Counted from the stretch's first letter, positions 36,421 through 46,138 are shown. The stretch: 64,000 bases of DNA from Frankiaceae bacterium (GCA_035940575.1 DASZER010000046.1:3439-67438); one strand, 5' to 3'. Notes: generated by a model not told the origin, from the sequence alone. Program-made: numbers and translations.

Positions 36421-37319
36421 CGCGCCTCCCCCATGAGCTCGGCGGCGCCGTCCTCGAGCAGGATCGCGGCGAGACGTTCGCCCAGCGCCTCGGGCTCGTC
36501 CACCGGTCCGGTGAGGCTCTGGCGCAGCACGTCCGAACCGTCCGGCGCGCACACGGTCGCGCGCAGGTAGATCTCGTCCTCGGCCAGGTCCGCGAGCGCG
36601 CCCACGGGCGCGGTGCAGCCCGCCTCCAGCGCCCGCAGCAGCGCCCGCTCGGCGAGCACGCACGCGCGCGTCGCCGGGTCGTCCAGGGCGGCGTAGAGGT
36701 GCTCGTCGCCGGTACGGCACTCGATCGCGAGCGCGCCCTGGCCGGGCGCGGGGAGCACCTGGATCGGGTCGAGCGTCTCGCTGACCGCGTCGAGCCGGTC
36801 GAGCCTGGCGAGGCCCGCGCGGGCGAGCACGACCGCGTCGACCTCGCCGTTGGCGGCCTTCTTGAGGCGGGTGTCGACGTTGCCGCGGATCGGGACGACC
36901 TCGATGCCGAGGCCGAGCGCGAGGAGCTGCGCCGCGCGGCGGGGCGACCCGGTGCCGACGCGCGCGCCCTCGGGCAGCTCGCCGAGCGTGAGCCCCGCGG
37001 GCGAGCAGAGCACGTCGCGCGGGTCCTCGCGCGCGGGCACCGCCGCGAGCGACAGGCCCTCGGCGGGTGCGGTCGGGAGGTCCTTGAGCGAGTGGACGGC
37101 GAGGTCGATCTCGCCGGCGAGCAGCGCCTCGCGCAGCGCGCTCACGAACACGCCCGTGCCGCCGATCTGCGTGATGGCGGACGGGTCGACGTCGCCGCGC
37201 GTGGTGACCTCGACCAGCTCGACGTCGCGGCCGGTCAGCGCGATCAGCGTCGCGGCGACGCCGCCGCTCTGCGCCATCGCGAGGGCCGACGCGCGGGTGC
37301 CGAGTCGGAGGGCCTTCAC
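36417..37319 (-). CDS. hemC: hydroxymethylbilane synthase (porphobilinogen deaminase)
   Basis: 300 aa (V)[17 protein letters not shown]...VHSLKDLPT... Confidence 0.9.
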   Translation of the reverse strand: MKALRLGTRASALAMAQSGGVAATLIALTGRDVELVEVTTRGDVDPSAITQIGGTGVFVSALREALLAGEIDLAVHSLKDLPTAPAEGLSLAAVPAREDPRDVLCSPAGLTLGELPEGARVGTGSPRRAAQLLALGLGIEVVPIRGNVDTRLKKAANGEVDAVVLARAGLARLDRLDAVSETLDPIQVLPAPGQGALAIECRTGDEHLYAALDDPATRACVLAERALLRALEAGCTAPVGALADLAEDEIYLRATVCAPDGSDVLRQSLTGPVDEPEALGERLAAILLEDGAAELMGEAR

Positions 37320-38620
37320 GGCGACTCCTCGGGCGCGGTCACAGCCTCGGGCACCTGCGGGTCGAGCCCGAACAGCTCGCGCAGCGCCTCGGCGTAGTGG
37401 TCGCCGCCGGGCGCCTCGGCCAGCTCCTTCACGCGCACGGTCGGGGCGTGCAGCAGCTTCTCGACCACGCGGCGTACGGACTGCTCGACCTCGGCGCGCT
37501 CGCGCGGGTGGAGGTCGACGCGGCCGGTGAGGCGTTCGAGCTCGGCGGCGATGAGCGCGTCGGCCTTAGCGCGCAGGGCGACGACCGTCGGCGCGACGCG
37601 CATGGCGCGTTGCCAGCCGAGGAACACGCCCACCTCGTCGGCGACGATCCGCCTGCACTCGTCGAGGTCCGCGCCGGTCGGCTCGGTGTCGAGCACCGCG
37701 CGCAGGGCGTCGAGGTCGGCGAGGCGGACGTTCGGGAGCGCGCGGACCCCGGGGTCGACGTCGCGGGGCAGCGCGAGGTCGAGCAGGAACAGCGGCCGCT
37801 CCGACGCCCGCAGCGCCAGCGCGGCCTCGACGTGCGCGTGCTCGACGACGATGCCCGAGGCGCCGGTGGAGGACACGACGACGTCGGCCTCGGCGATGGC
37901 CTCGACCAGGGTGTCGAGCGAGGCCGTGGTGCCGCCGAGGGTCTGCGCCAGCGTCGCGGCGCGGTCGGCGGTGCGGTTGGCGACCACGATGCGTTCGACG
38001 CCCTCGCGCTTGAGGGTCGCGCCGGTGAGTGCGCCCATCGCGCCGGCGCCGACGATCAGCGCGCGCGTCTCGGCACCGAGCGGGCCGAGCGCGGCCTCGG
38101 CGATGCGCAGGCCGACCCCGACGAGCGAGGCGCCCGCGCGGCCGATCTCGGTCTCGGTGCGGACGCGCTTGCCGACGCGCAGCGAGTGGCGGAACAGCTC
38201 GCCGAGCACCCGCGCGACCGCCCCCTCCTCCTCCTGCGCGACGCGGAAGGCGTTGCGGAGCTGGCCGAGGATCTGGCCCTCGCCGACGACCATCGAGTCG
38301 AGCCCGCTCGCGACGGTGAACAGGTGGTGTACGGCCCGCTCCTCGTAGTGCACGTAGAGGTGGTCGGACAGCTCCTCGAGCGGCACGCCGGACATGCGCG
38401 CGAGCAGGTCGGAGACCTCCTGGACGCCGCCGTGGAAGCGGGTCACGTGCGCGTAGACCTCGACGCGGTTGCACGTCGACAGGACGACGGCCTCGACGAC
38501 GTTGGTGCCCTGGAGCAGGTCGTGGAGGGCCTTCGGGACGTGGTCGGCGTTGATGGCGGCGCGTTCGAGCAGCTCGACCGGCGCGCTGCGGTGCGAGAGG
38601 CCGACGACGAGGACGCTCAC
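37316..38620 (-). CDS. hemA: glutamyl-tRNA reductase
   Basis: 434 aa starting at GTG 38620: VSVLVVGLSHRSAPVELLER...VLSTCNRVEVYA...GAGAMG. Confidence 0.9.
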   Translation of the reverse strand: MSVLVVGLSHRSAPVELLERAAINADHVPKALHDLLQGTNVVEAVVLSTCNRVEVYAHVTRFHGGVQEVSDLLARMSGVPLEELSDHLYVHYEERAVHHLFTVASGLDSMVVGEGQILGQLRNAFRVAQEEEGAVARVLGELFRHSLRVGKRVRTETEIGRAGASLVGVGLRIAEAALGPLGAETRALIVGAGAMGALTGATLKREGVERIVVANRTADRAATLAQTLGGTTASLDTLVEAIAEADVVVSSTGASGIVVEHAHVEAALALRASERPLFLLDLALPRDVDPGVRALPNVRLADLDALRAVLDTEPTGADLDECRRIVADEVGVFLGWQRAMRVAPTVVALRAKADALIAAELERLTGRVDLHPRERAEVEQSVRRVVEKLLHAPTVRVKELAEAPGGDHYAEALRELFGLDPQVPEAVTAPEESP

Positions 38621-39315
38621 CGCTCCACCGCCTCGGCCAGGTCCGCGAGGTCGGCCAGCGGCGCGGTCGTACGGAGCCTGCTCATCGCCGCCTTGCGCTG
38701 CTCGTGGAACGACAGGATCTGCAGCTCGATCGAGAGGTCGACCTTCCGCAGGTCGACGCCCGCGGGCACCGTGAGCACGACGGGCGCGAAGTTGAGGATG
38801 CTCGTCACGCCCGCCGCGACGAGGCGGTCGCAGACCTCCTGCGCGGCGTGCGCGGGCGTCGCGATGACGCCGATGCTCGCGGCGGTGTCGCGCACGACGC
38901 CGTCGAGGTCGTCGAGGTGGCGTACGCGCACGCCCGCCAGCTCCTCCCCGACCCTGCGGCGGTCGGCGTCGAGCAGGGCGGCGATGCGGAAGCCGCGCTC
39001 GGCGAACCCGCCGTAGTTGGCGAGCGCGTGGCCGAGGTTGCCGACGCCGACGATGACGACGGCCCAGTCCTGGGTCAGGCCGAGCTCGCGGCTGATCTGG
39101 TGGACGAGGTAGTTGACGTCGTAGCCGACGCCGCGGGTGCCGTAGGAGCCGAGGTAGGAGAGGTCCTTGCGGACCTTGGCGCTGTTCACGCCTGCCGCGA
39201 GCGCGAGGGCGTCGGAGGACACGGTCTCGTGGCCGCCGTCCGCGAGCCCGGCGAGGGCCCTGAGGTAGACGGGGAGCCGGGCGACGGTCGCCTCGGGGAT
39301 GCCGCGATCCTTCAC
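38617..39315 (-). CDS. rex: redox-sensing transcriptional repressor Rex
   Basis: 232 aa starting at GTG 39315: IPEATVARLPVYLRAL...SYLGSYGTRGVGYDV...VIVGVGNLGHALANY. Confidence 0.85.
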   Translation of the reverse strand: MKDRGIPEATVARLPVYLRALAGLADGGHETVSSDALALAAGVNSAKVRKDLSYLGSYGTRGVGYDVNYLVHQISRELGLTQDWAVVIVGVGNLGHALANYGGFAERGFRIAALLDADRRRVGEELAGVRVRHLDDLDGVVRDTAASIGVIATPAHAAQEVCDRLVAAGVTSILNFAPVVLTVPAGVDLRKVDLSIELQILSFHEQRKAAMSRLRTTAPLADLADLAEAVER

Positions 39316-39417
39316 GCGCCACCCCGCTGCCGGCCCACGGAACACACCCCTCACGCGAGACCTCAGTCCCGGCGCCGACGCGTCCGGGCCGCTCGCTTGT
39401 GCCTTTGAGAATACGCC

Positions 39418-39435
39418 TTGTGAACGCAAGCACAA
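39418..39435. promoter_or_regulatory. candidate Rex operator (ROP-like inverted repeat)
   Basis: TTGTGAACGCAAGCACAA compared with the remembered consensus TTGTGAA-N4-TTCACAA. The left half is perfect and the right half matches 5/7. About 100 nt upstream of the rex start. Confidence 0.5.
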
Positions 39436-39577
39436 ACTCGGCTCGGAGGCCGCACGCGCCACGGTGACCAATGCCCCGCGGCGCCCAGGGGCGTCCTGGC
39501 AAGGCCGCAGGGAGCGCCGCGTGCCGGGGCACGCAAGCGACCGAGAACGCCGCCAGGGCGCACCTGGGCGTCGCGGC

Positions 39578-39802
39578 CTAACGGACGAGGTCCCGGCGCA
39601 GCCGGGCCTCGTCCACATCCCAATAGCTGTGCTCGCGGCCGTCGAGCAGCACGACCGGGATGCGGTCGCCGTACTCGTCGTAGAGCGCGGCGTCGGTGGT
39701 GACGTCCCGCTCGTCGAACGGCTCCCCGATCCGTTCGAGCACGGCCCGCGCCTCGTCGCAGTGGGGGCACCCGGGCTTCGACAGCAACGTCACGCGCGGC
39801 AC
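39578..39802 (-). CDS. glutaredoxin-like small redox protein (CPHC)
   Basis: 74 aa MPRVTLLSKPGCPHCDEARAVL... Same position upstream of hemA as the glutaredoxin-like gene in mycobacteria (from memory). Confidence 0.8.
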   Translation of the reverse strand: MPRVTLLSKPGCPHCDEARAVLERIGEPFDERDVTTDAALYDEYGDRIPVVLLDGREHSYWDVDEARLRRDLVR

Positions 39803-39821
39803 GCCACCCAGTAAAGACGAC

Positions 39822-39851
39822 GGCGCCCCCGGCTCGGAAGCCGGGGGCGCC
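39822..39851 (-). terminator. stem-loop terminator after the giant surface-protein gene
   Basis: ggcgcccccggc tcggaa gccgggggcgcc, a 12-bp perfect stem. On the minus strand it is followed by GUCGUCUUUACU. Confidence 0.6.
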
Positions 39852-39870
39852 GTGTCGTGCTGTCTTGGCG

Positions 39871-42800
39871 TTACTTGCGCGACGCGTCCCAGTTGGCCGG
39901 GATCGGGTCGAGCGTGCCGACGCCCCAGATGCCGCCCGTGCCCGGGAGGACGATCTTGGAGGCCGAGTCACCCGCGAGGTTGGTGACCTTCACGACGACC
40001 GACGTGATCTTGTAGCGGTCGATCGCCGCACCGGTGGTGAAGCCGGTGGCGGTACGCGGCAGGTAGCTCGGCGAGTACGGCCAGGCGTTCGACGTGTTGA
40101 AGCCCATCGTGTTGAACGTCGTCGGGTTCGCGAAGGTCCGCAGGACCGTCCGCGACACGACGCCGTACGTCGTCGAGTTGACCTTGACCATCACGCCGTC
40201 GCGGTAGCCGCGCATGAACGTCGTGTCGTACGGCACCGCCCGGTCGTAGCTGTTCGCCGAGTAGATCTGCGCACCCGGGACGAGCGTGCGGAGGGCCCAC
40301 GAGGAGGTCACACCGCGGCGCACGACCTGGCCGAGACGGTTCTTGGTGATCTGGTTGACCGAGCCGTCGGGGAAGCGGACCCAGGTGCCGAGCGCGTGCG
40401 CGCCGTAGGCGAAGCCGGCACCCGTGGGGTGGGCGTTCAGCTCGCCGGAGCTCACGTTGTACACCTGGCTCAGCGGCATCTTCCACGCCGCCAGCTGGCC
40501 CGAGCTGATCGGGCGCTTGATGCTGTCGTACACGTAGTAGTAGCCGCTGCCGCTGGTCTTGATGACGGCACCGTCACGGAAGCCGACGCGGGTGAGGCGC
40601 GGGTAGCCGTTCAGGACCGACACCGGGACCGTGATGACCGAGCTGTCCGTGATCTGCCAGCTCCGGCGGGCGTTGACCGACACGAACTGGCGGCGAGCCA
40701 GCGTGCCGTTGGCGCCGTCCACGATCAGCCAGCCCGGGTCGTTGGCGGACTGCTTCAGCACGGTGCCCACCGGGTAGCGGGTCGTGCCGACCACCTTGAC
40801 GAACGGGAACGTCATCGTCCGGCTCTTGCGGAACGTCGTCGTGCTGAGGTCGCAGGAGAACGGAGCGACGGCGCCCAGCGACTTGTTCGCGGTGATGCCG
40901 CGGTAGTCGATGGACATGCGGGCCGAGGAGCAGACGCCGTTCGGCGCCCACTGGTCCGCGTCGTTGCTGTAGCCGACGGCCTTGACGTTGAGGTTGTCGC
41001 CGTCGACGACCGTGTCGGTGCGGCCCCACGTGCCCGTCGCCGGGCGCGTGGTGTTCACGAGGCTGACGGTGCCGATCTCCGGCGCGCGCAGGATCGTGAT
41101 GGTGTCGCTGACGGTCGGCGTGACGCCGGCCGTGCGGCCGTAGTCGTCCTTGCCGGACAGGTACAGCGTGAGCGAGCCCTCGGGCAGCGTGGTGTTGCCC
41201 TGCGGGTACACGGACGGGTAGTCCGCGGTGTACTCGCCCGCCGGCGTGGTCGCCGTCGGCGCGGTCGTGCTCAGGCGCCAGTACCGCACGAGGCCCGTCG
41301 TGGCGACCGCACCCGTGTTGACCTTGGTGGCACCGCAGAACGTCGTGGAGTTGCTGACCGGGCAGCTCAGGTCGAGCTTCACGGTCGGCGCGGCCGGGGC
41401 GAGCACCGACGCCGTCTGCGAGTTGCCGACGTTGCCCGCCGAACGGTCGTCCACGACGTTGGCGGCGGAGAAGCGCACGAGGGCGTCCTTCGTCGCGTCG
41501 ATCGCCTTCTCCGCGAGGGTCAGGTCGGCCGACTTGCCGTCGGTGGCGGTCGTGACCGCGGTGACCGCCTTGTTCGTGCCGGCGGGCTGCTCGACCAGGA
41601 TCTCGCCGACCGCGAGGCCGTCGACGGCCTCGGAGAAGAAGACCTTGATCTTGTCCTCGGCCGTGGTGTCGAGCGGGCAGCTGCCGTTGTTGGCCGCCGT
41701 ACCGGCGCACGCGCCGGTGATGGCCGGGCCGGCGCCGTCGGTCGTCGGCTGCGCCGCCGCGTCGATGCGGACCGCGTTGCGCTGGTCGCTCGCGTCGGTC
41801 AGGCCGACGTTGTCGGTGCCGCCGTGGTACTGCACGGTCGGCGTCGAGTCGGTGTCACCGACCACGCCGGGAGCGATCGGCGCGAGGTTGAGCCGCACGC
41901 CGGTCGAGCCGAGCAGGTCGATGCTCGTGATGGTCCTGTTGCTGACCGTGAACCGCGCGGTCTCCACGGAGAAGCCGTTGAGGGCCTCGCCGTAGACGAT
42001 GTCGATCGCGTCGATGCGGCCGTCGCTGTTCAGGTCCTTGGTGGTGCGGGAGACGACCACCGGCGGGGCCTTGTCGAGCACCCGGTTGAAGACGAACGGC
42101 GTGTCGTTCGCGCCGGTGCCCCAGCCGGTGCCGGAGACGTTCTGCGTCTGCGACAGCGGGTTGGAGCCCACCTTCGGGTCGGCCGGGCGGTAGTCGTTGA
42201 TCGTCGCCGTCGTCGGCGTCGCCGCCGTGTCGGGAACGTCGCCGACGCACAGGCCGATCAGCGTGACGTTCGGCGTGTCGCCCTCGGACGCGGTGTTCTC
42301 CTCGTCCGTCAGGAGGCAGCCGGACGGGTGGTTCTCGTAGCCGTTGACGCGGTACGAGCCGTCGGCCTCGCCGTCGAGCGCGCTGCGGTAGATCGCCTCG
42401 CTGTACTTGGCGACGACCGTGTCGAGCTGGCCGTCGGCGTCGGAGTCCGACGTCGTGACCATCTGCACCGCGGGCGCGGCCTTGTCGGTCGCCGTGACCG
42501 TGAAGTCCGGCACGTCCACGCCGCCGGCCTTGAGGCCACCGGTGGCGGGGCGGGTGTAGACCAGGCGCGGCTGCTCACTGGTGAGCATGACGCCGCCGAA
42601 CGTGAGGGTGAACGTCGTGTTGCTGGTCACCGTCACGGCCGTCGGGGTCTGCACGTCCGAGCCCATGATCTTGAAGTTCGCCAGGTTCTCGGCGACCTTC
42701 GTCTGGTAGTCCTCGATCGCGAACGGGAACGTGACCGTCATCCGGTCCAGGTAGCCGTCGCGGCCCTGGTTGTACAGGTTCCGGCCGGCGACGTCGCCGG

Positions 42801-44697
42801 TCGTGACGGCGCTGCTGGCGGGCTTCGGCGGGATCGCGCCGATGAAGCGGTCGCTGAGCGTCGGGTCCGTCGCGGAGTTGCCGACCGCGTCCTGGACCGC
42901 CGGCTCCATGCGGACCTTGTCGTTGACCTTGGGCAGGCGCTTCGAGCCGCTCGGCGGCGTCGGCTCGGTCGTCGGGCCGAGCTCGATCGTCAGCGAGGTG
43001 AGGTCGGCCGACCACGTGACGGTCGGGTTCGAGCCCCAGCTGATGCCGCCGTCCGGGAACGTCAGGCGCTCGTTGACGCAGGCCGCCGCGAGCGCGCAGG
43101 TGTTGCTGTCGCCGGTCTCGGAGATCGAGTCCTTGTACATCTTCTCGCTGAACGTCACCTGCACGACGTCGCCGGCCGCGCCGACGCCGTCGTTGCCGCC
43201 GTCAGAGAGGAACGACACCGACGCGAGGCGCGGCGGGATCGTGTCCTTGGTGTACGTGCTGGCGGAGTTCCAGGAGTCGGTCGTGTTGCCGAACGGGTCG
43301 AGCAGGCGGCCCTGGATGGTCATCAGGCTGCCGGTCGTGCCCACACCGGTGGTGTCGACGCGGACGACGTCCGGGGACGTGTTGTCGGAGGCGACCGGCG
43401 TCCACGCCGTGGCGTCGCCGGGAGCCGTGGAGAGCGCGCCACCGGCGGTGACGACGAAGCGGGCCTCGGTCGTGCTGACGCTGTTGTGGCCGCCGGCGCT
43501 GGTCGCCTGGCCGGAGAACGCCACGCGGGCGGGCGCCTGGGTGACGTTCGCCGCGTTGATGCCGCGGTGGGCCGCGGAGCCGTCGTGGAGGTCGATCGCG
43601 CCGTTCGTGGTGGTCGGGGCCGTGACGTCGTTGCTGCGGTCGACCTTGTCGCCGCTGCCGTTGCGGTTGTCGAACAGGCGGACGGCGGCGGTGAGGTTGC
43701 CGAGCCGGTCGAATGCGCGGACGAAGACGTCGTCGCTGACCTGGCCGTTGCGGGCGGTCTTCGACGTGGCCGTGATGCCGGTGCCGTCACCGATGAACAG
43801 CTCCTGCGTGGCGCCGGGGAGCGCGGGCAGCGTGAACATCGCGGGCGAGCCGTCTGGACGCTTGAGGAAGTTGGCCTCGGTGACGTTGTTGCCGTCGTTG
43901 AGGAACAGCAGCGTCTTGTCGGGGTCGTTGTGCTCCGAGGCGCCGACGGCGTACGCGTCCTCCTTCGGCGTGCCGGTCTGGCGCTCCATCGGCGGGCGGT
44001 TGATCGGCGCGAAGCTCGTGGACTTCGGGTCGACCGGCGGCTTCGAGTCGATGGTCAGCTTCTGCGTCTCGACGGCGGCCGCGGGGCTGGTCGTGCTGTC
44101 GGAGAAGCGGATGCCGTTGGCCGGGACCGCGAGCTTGAAGTCGCGGTTCTCGATCGTGCCGGCGCTGCTGCCGGGGTGGACCGTGACGAAGTAGCCCGTG
44201 CTGCCGGTCGCGCGCACGCCGTCGACCGCGATGCGGATCGGGATCTGCCCGCCGCTCGGCGAGCCGATGACGTAGCCGGTGCTAACGGGGGTCTGCGTGA
44301 AGTCGATCTCGCCGAACGCGCCGTCGGGGCCGCCGAGCGAGGCGCTCGTGCCGCTGACGTCCTTGTAGACGGCGAAGCCGTCGCCGGGCGCGAAGTCGCG
44401 GTCCGGGACGATCGCGGGACCCGTGGGGTAGCCGCTGAGACGAAGCTCGACGCCGTTGATGGCGGCGTTGGCGGCGGTGTCGACCTTGAAGACCGCCGTG
44501 TTGCCGCGCACACCCTGGGAGGTGTTGCGGAAACCGGCGTTGGGGCCGACGGTGTTGCTCTCGCCGATGTTGTTCGAGTAGACGGCGACGGTCGCGGTCG
44601 CGGCGGACGCCGGAGCCACGAGCGGGCCGGCTGCAGCGATGAGCGGCACGGTCGCCGCCACCACCGCGAAGCGGCTACGTGCACGGGTAGAACGCAT
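39871..44697 (-). CDS. 1608-aa secreted surface (S-layer-like) protein
   Basis: Signal peptide MRSTRARSRFAVVAATVPLIAAAGPLVAPASA. Thr/Ser/Gly/Asp/Asn/Val-rich and poor in Lys/Arg/Glu. GAGGAG lies before the ATG, with a 430-nt upstream spacer and a strong terminator. No catalytic motif recognised. Confidence 0.75.
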   Translation of the reverse strand: MRSTRARSRFAVVAATVPLIAAAGPLVAPASAATATVAVYSNNIGESNTVGPNAGFRNTSQGVRGNTAVFKVDTAANAAINGVELRLSGYPTGPAIVPDRDFAPGDGFAVYKDVSGTSASLGGPDGAFGEIDFTQTPVSTGYVIGSPSGGQIPIRIAVDGVRATGSTGYFVTVHPGSSAGTIENRDFKLAVPANGIRFSDSTTSPAAAVETQKLTIDSKPPVDPKSTSFAPINRPPMERQTGTPKEDAYAVGASEHNDPDKTLLFLNDGNNVTEANFLKRPDGSPAMFTLPALPGATQELFIGDGTGITATSKTARNGQVSDDVFVRAFDRLGNLTAAVRLFDNRNGSGDKVDRSNDVTAPTTTNGAIDLHDGSAAHRGINAANVTQAPARVAFSGQATSAGGHNSVSTTEARFVVTAGGALSTAPGDATAWTPVASDNTSPDVVRVDTTGVGTTGSLMTIQGRLLDPFGNTTDSWNSASTYTKDTIPPRLASVSFLSDGGNDGVGAAGDVVQVTFSEKMYKDSISETGDSNTCALAAACVNERLTFPDGGISWGSNPTVTWSADLTSLTIELGPTTEPTPPSGSKRLPKVNDKVRMEPAVQDAVGNSATDPTLSDRFIGAIPPKPASSAVTTGDVAGRNLYNQGRDGYLDRMTVTFPFAIEDYQTKVAENLANFKIMGSDVQTPTAVTVTSNTTFTLTFGGVMLTSEQPRLVYTRPATGGLKAGGVDVPDFTVTATDKAAPAVQMVTTSDSDADGQLDTVVAKYSEAIYRSALDGEADGSYRVNGYENHPSGCLLTDEENTASEGDTPNVTLIGLCVGDVPDTAATPTTATINDYRPADPKVGSNPLSQTQNVSGTGWGTGANDTPFVFNRVLDKAPPVVVSRTTKDLNSDGRIDAIDIVYGEALNGFSVETARFTVSNRTITSIDLLGSTGVRLNLAPIAPGVVGDTDSTPTVQYHGGTDNVGLTDASDQRNAVRIDAAAQPTTDGAGPAITGACAGTAANNGSCPLDTTAEDKIKVFFSEAVDGLAVGEILVEQPAGTNKAVTAVTTATDGKSADLTLAEKAIDATKDALVRFSAANVVDDRSAGNVGNSQTASVLAPAAPTVKLDLSCPVSNSTTFCGATKVNTGAVATTGLVRYWRLSTTAPTATTPAGEYTADYPSVYPQGNTTLPEGSLTLYLSGKDDYGRTAGVTPTVSDTITILRAPEIGTVSLVNTTRPATGTWGRTDTVVDGDNLNVKAVGYSNDADQWAPNGVCSSARMSIDYRGITANKSLGAVAPFSCDLSTTTFRKSRTMTFPFVKVVGTTRYPVGTVLKQSANDPGWLIVDGANGTLARRQFVSVNARRSWQITDSSVITVPVSVLNGYPRLTRVGFRDGAVIKTSGSGYYYVYDSIKRPISSGQLAAWKMPLSQVYNVSSGELNAHPTGAGFAYGAHALGTWVRFPDGSVNQITKNRLGQVVRRGVTSSWALRTLVPGAQIYSANSYDRAVPYDTTFMRGYRDGVMVKVNSTTYGVVSRTVLRTFANPTTFNTMGFNTSNAWPYSPSYLPRTATGFTTGAAIDRYKITSVVVKVTNLAGDSASKIVLPGTGGIWGVGTLDPIPANWDASRK

Positions 44698-45127
44698 GTG
44701 ATCTCCTCGCCAGCCTGGCTGGGCTTGGCTAACAGGGGTTGAACCGATTGTGCGCGCGGCCCTCCGCCCCTGGGGGGATTTTCAGACCACGAGCCTGGCT
44801 TCGACGCCTTGATGACGTCTCCTGCCGGGGTCCCGCGCCGCCACGAACGATGGCTTGAGCGCAGGGACCGGTACGCAATAGACGGTAAGGAGCGAAGTGC
44901 CCGATTCGTTCCCGGGTAACGCGACTGTCGCCTCGATGGGGAAGTAGGCCGCCCTCACCGCCGGGTGAGGACGTTCCGGGCGAAGCGGGGCGAAGCCGGT
45001 GTTGTCGGGCACGGTCGGGCCGGGGGACAGTAGCGCGACGGCGTACGGGGCGCCGAACGGGGAGGCTGCCGTGGCGGCTGCTGAGGAACGCCGTGCCGAG
45101 CGCTCGGGTGACGCCGGCGCGACGGGG

Positions 45128-46138
45128 ATGACGTTCGACGAGCTGTGCGAGGCGTACTACGACCGCGTCGTCGGCCTGGCGGTGCGGGCGTTCGGGCGCC
45201 GCGAGGCGGAGGACGTGGCGCACGAGGCGCTGTCGCGGGCGCTGGCGTCGTACGACACCGTGGACCGCGACCGCGACGTGTGGCCGTGGCTGGCGACGGT
45301 CGTGCGCAACGCGGGACGGGACGCGTTGCGACGGCGGCCCTCGGTGCCGCTGGAGGAGGCGTCCGTCGCCGGCGAGGCCGACCCGGCGTTCGACGCGGCG
45401 GCGTCGGCGGAGGAGCGGCGGCTGCTCGCGCGGGCGCTGGCGCGGGTGCCGGAGGACGACCGCGAGGTGCTGCTGATGCGCGTGCGCGAGGGGCTGCCGT
45501 ACGCCGACATCGCGGCGCGCACCGGGCGCTCGGCGGGGGCGTTGCGGGTCCAGGCGCTGCGGGCGCGGCAGCGGCTCGCGGCGGAGTTCGCGCGGGTCGG
45601 CGGGACGGCGTACGGGATCGGCGCGGCGCTGTCGCTGCGGTTCGCGCGGGTCCGGGAGCGGGTGGCCGGCGTCGCGGCGGCGGTGCCCTCGGCGGCGCAG
45701 GTGGTGACGGCGGCGGTGATCTGCGGCGGCCTCGCGACGGGCGGCGCCGGCCCGACGGCGGCGGGCGTCGCGTCGCCCGGCGGCGCGGGGGTCGCAGGCG
45801 TCGCGGCGCGAGGGGCCTCGGGAGCGGGCGGCGCGGCGTGGGCGGCCGGCCCGGCGCGCCGCGCGGGCGGCATGGGTGCCGGCCGGGAGGTCGGCGGGGC
45901 CGGCGGCGGGGTGGCGCGGCCGTCCGGCGGGCCCGGACCCGAGGTCATGGACCCGCCGGAGCCGGCGGGGGCGCCGGTCGTCGGGGCGGTACGGGCCCCG
46001 CACAGCGCGGGGCGGCAGCGGCGGGAGGCCGGCGTCGCGACGCACGACCGCGAGGTCGGGGTCGCGACGGACGCGTACGGCGCGCCTGTCCACGCGCCGT
46101 GCCTCCCGGCGGTGCCCTCCTGCGAGGCGTCCCGCTAG
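45128..46138 (+). CDS. ECF sigma factor with ~190-aa C-terminal extension containing a hydrophobic segment
   Basis: Region 2 is EDVAHEALSRALASYDTVDRDRDVWPWLATVVRNAGRDALRRR. Region 4 is DREVLLMRVREGLPYADIAARTGRSAGALRVQALRARQRL. These are followed by AAQVVTAAVICGGLATGG and a Gly/Ala/Pro-rich tail. Confidence 0.7.
   Translation: MTFDELCEAYYDRVVGLAVRAFGRREAEDVAHEALSRALASYDTVDRDRDVWPWLATVVRNAGRDALRRRPSVPLEEASVAGEADPAFDAAASAEERRLLARALARVPEDDREVLLMRVREGLPYADIAARTGRSAGALRVQALRARQRLAAEFARVGGTAYGIGAALSLRFARVRERVAGVAAAVPSAAQVVTAAVICGGLATGGAGPTAAGVASPGGAGVAGVAARGASGAGGAAWAAGPARRAGGMGAGREVGGAGGGVARPSGGPGPEVMDPPEPAGAPVVGAVRAPHSAGRQRREAGVATHDREVGVATDAYGAPVHAPCLPAVPSCEASR

Noticed and set aside
39865-44742. 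1625-aa plus-strand ORF, the longest in the track
   Set aside because: It is exactly antisense to the 1608-aa secreted protein. Its product is Arg/Asp/Gly/Val/Ala-rich with no signal, motif or domain. This is a typical shadow ORF of a high-GC gene, whereas the minus-strand frame has a signal peptide, an SD and a terminator.
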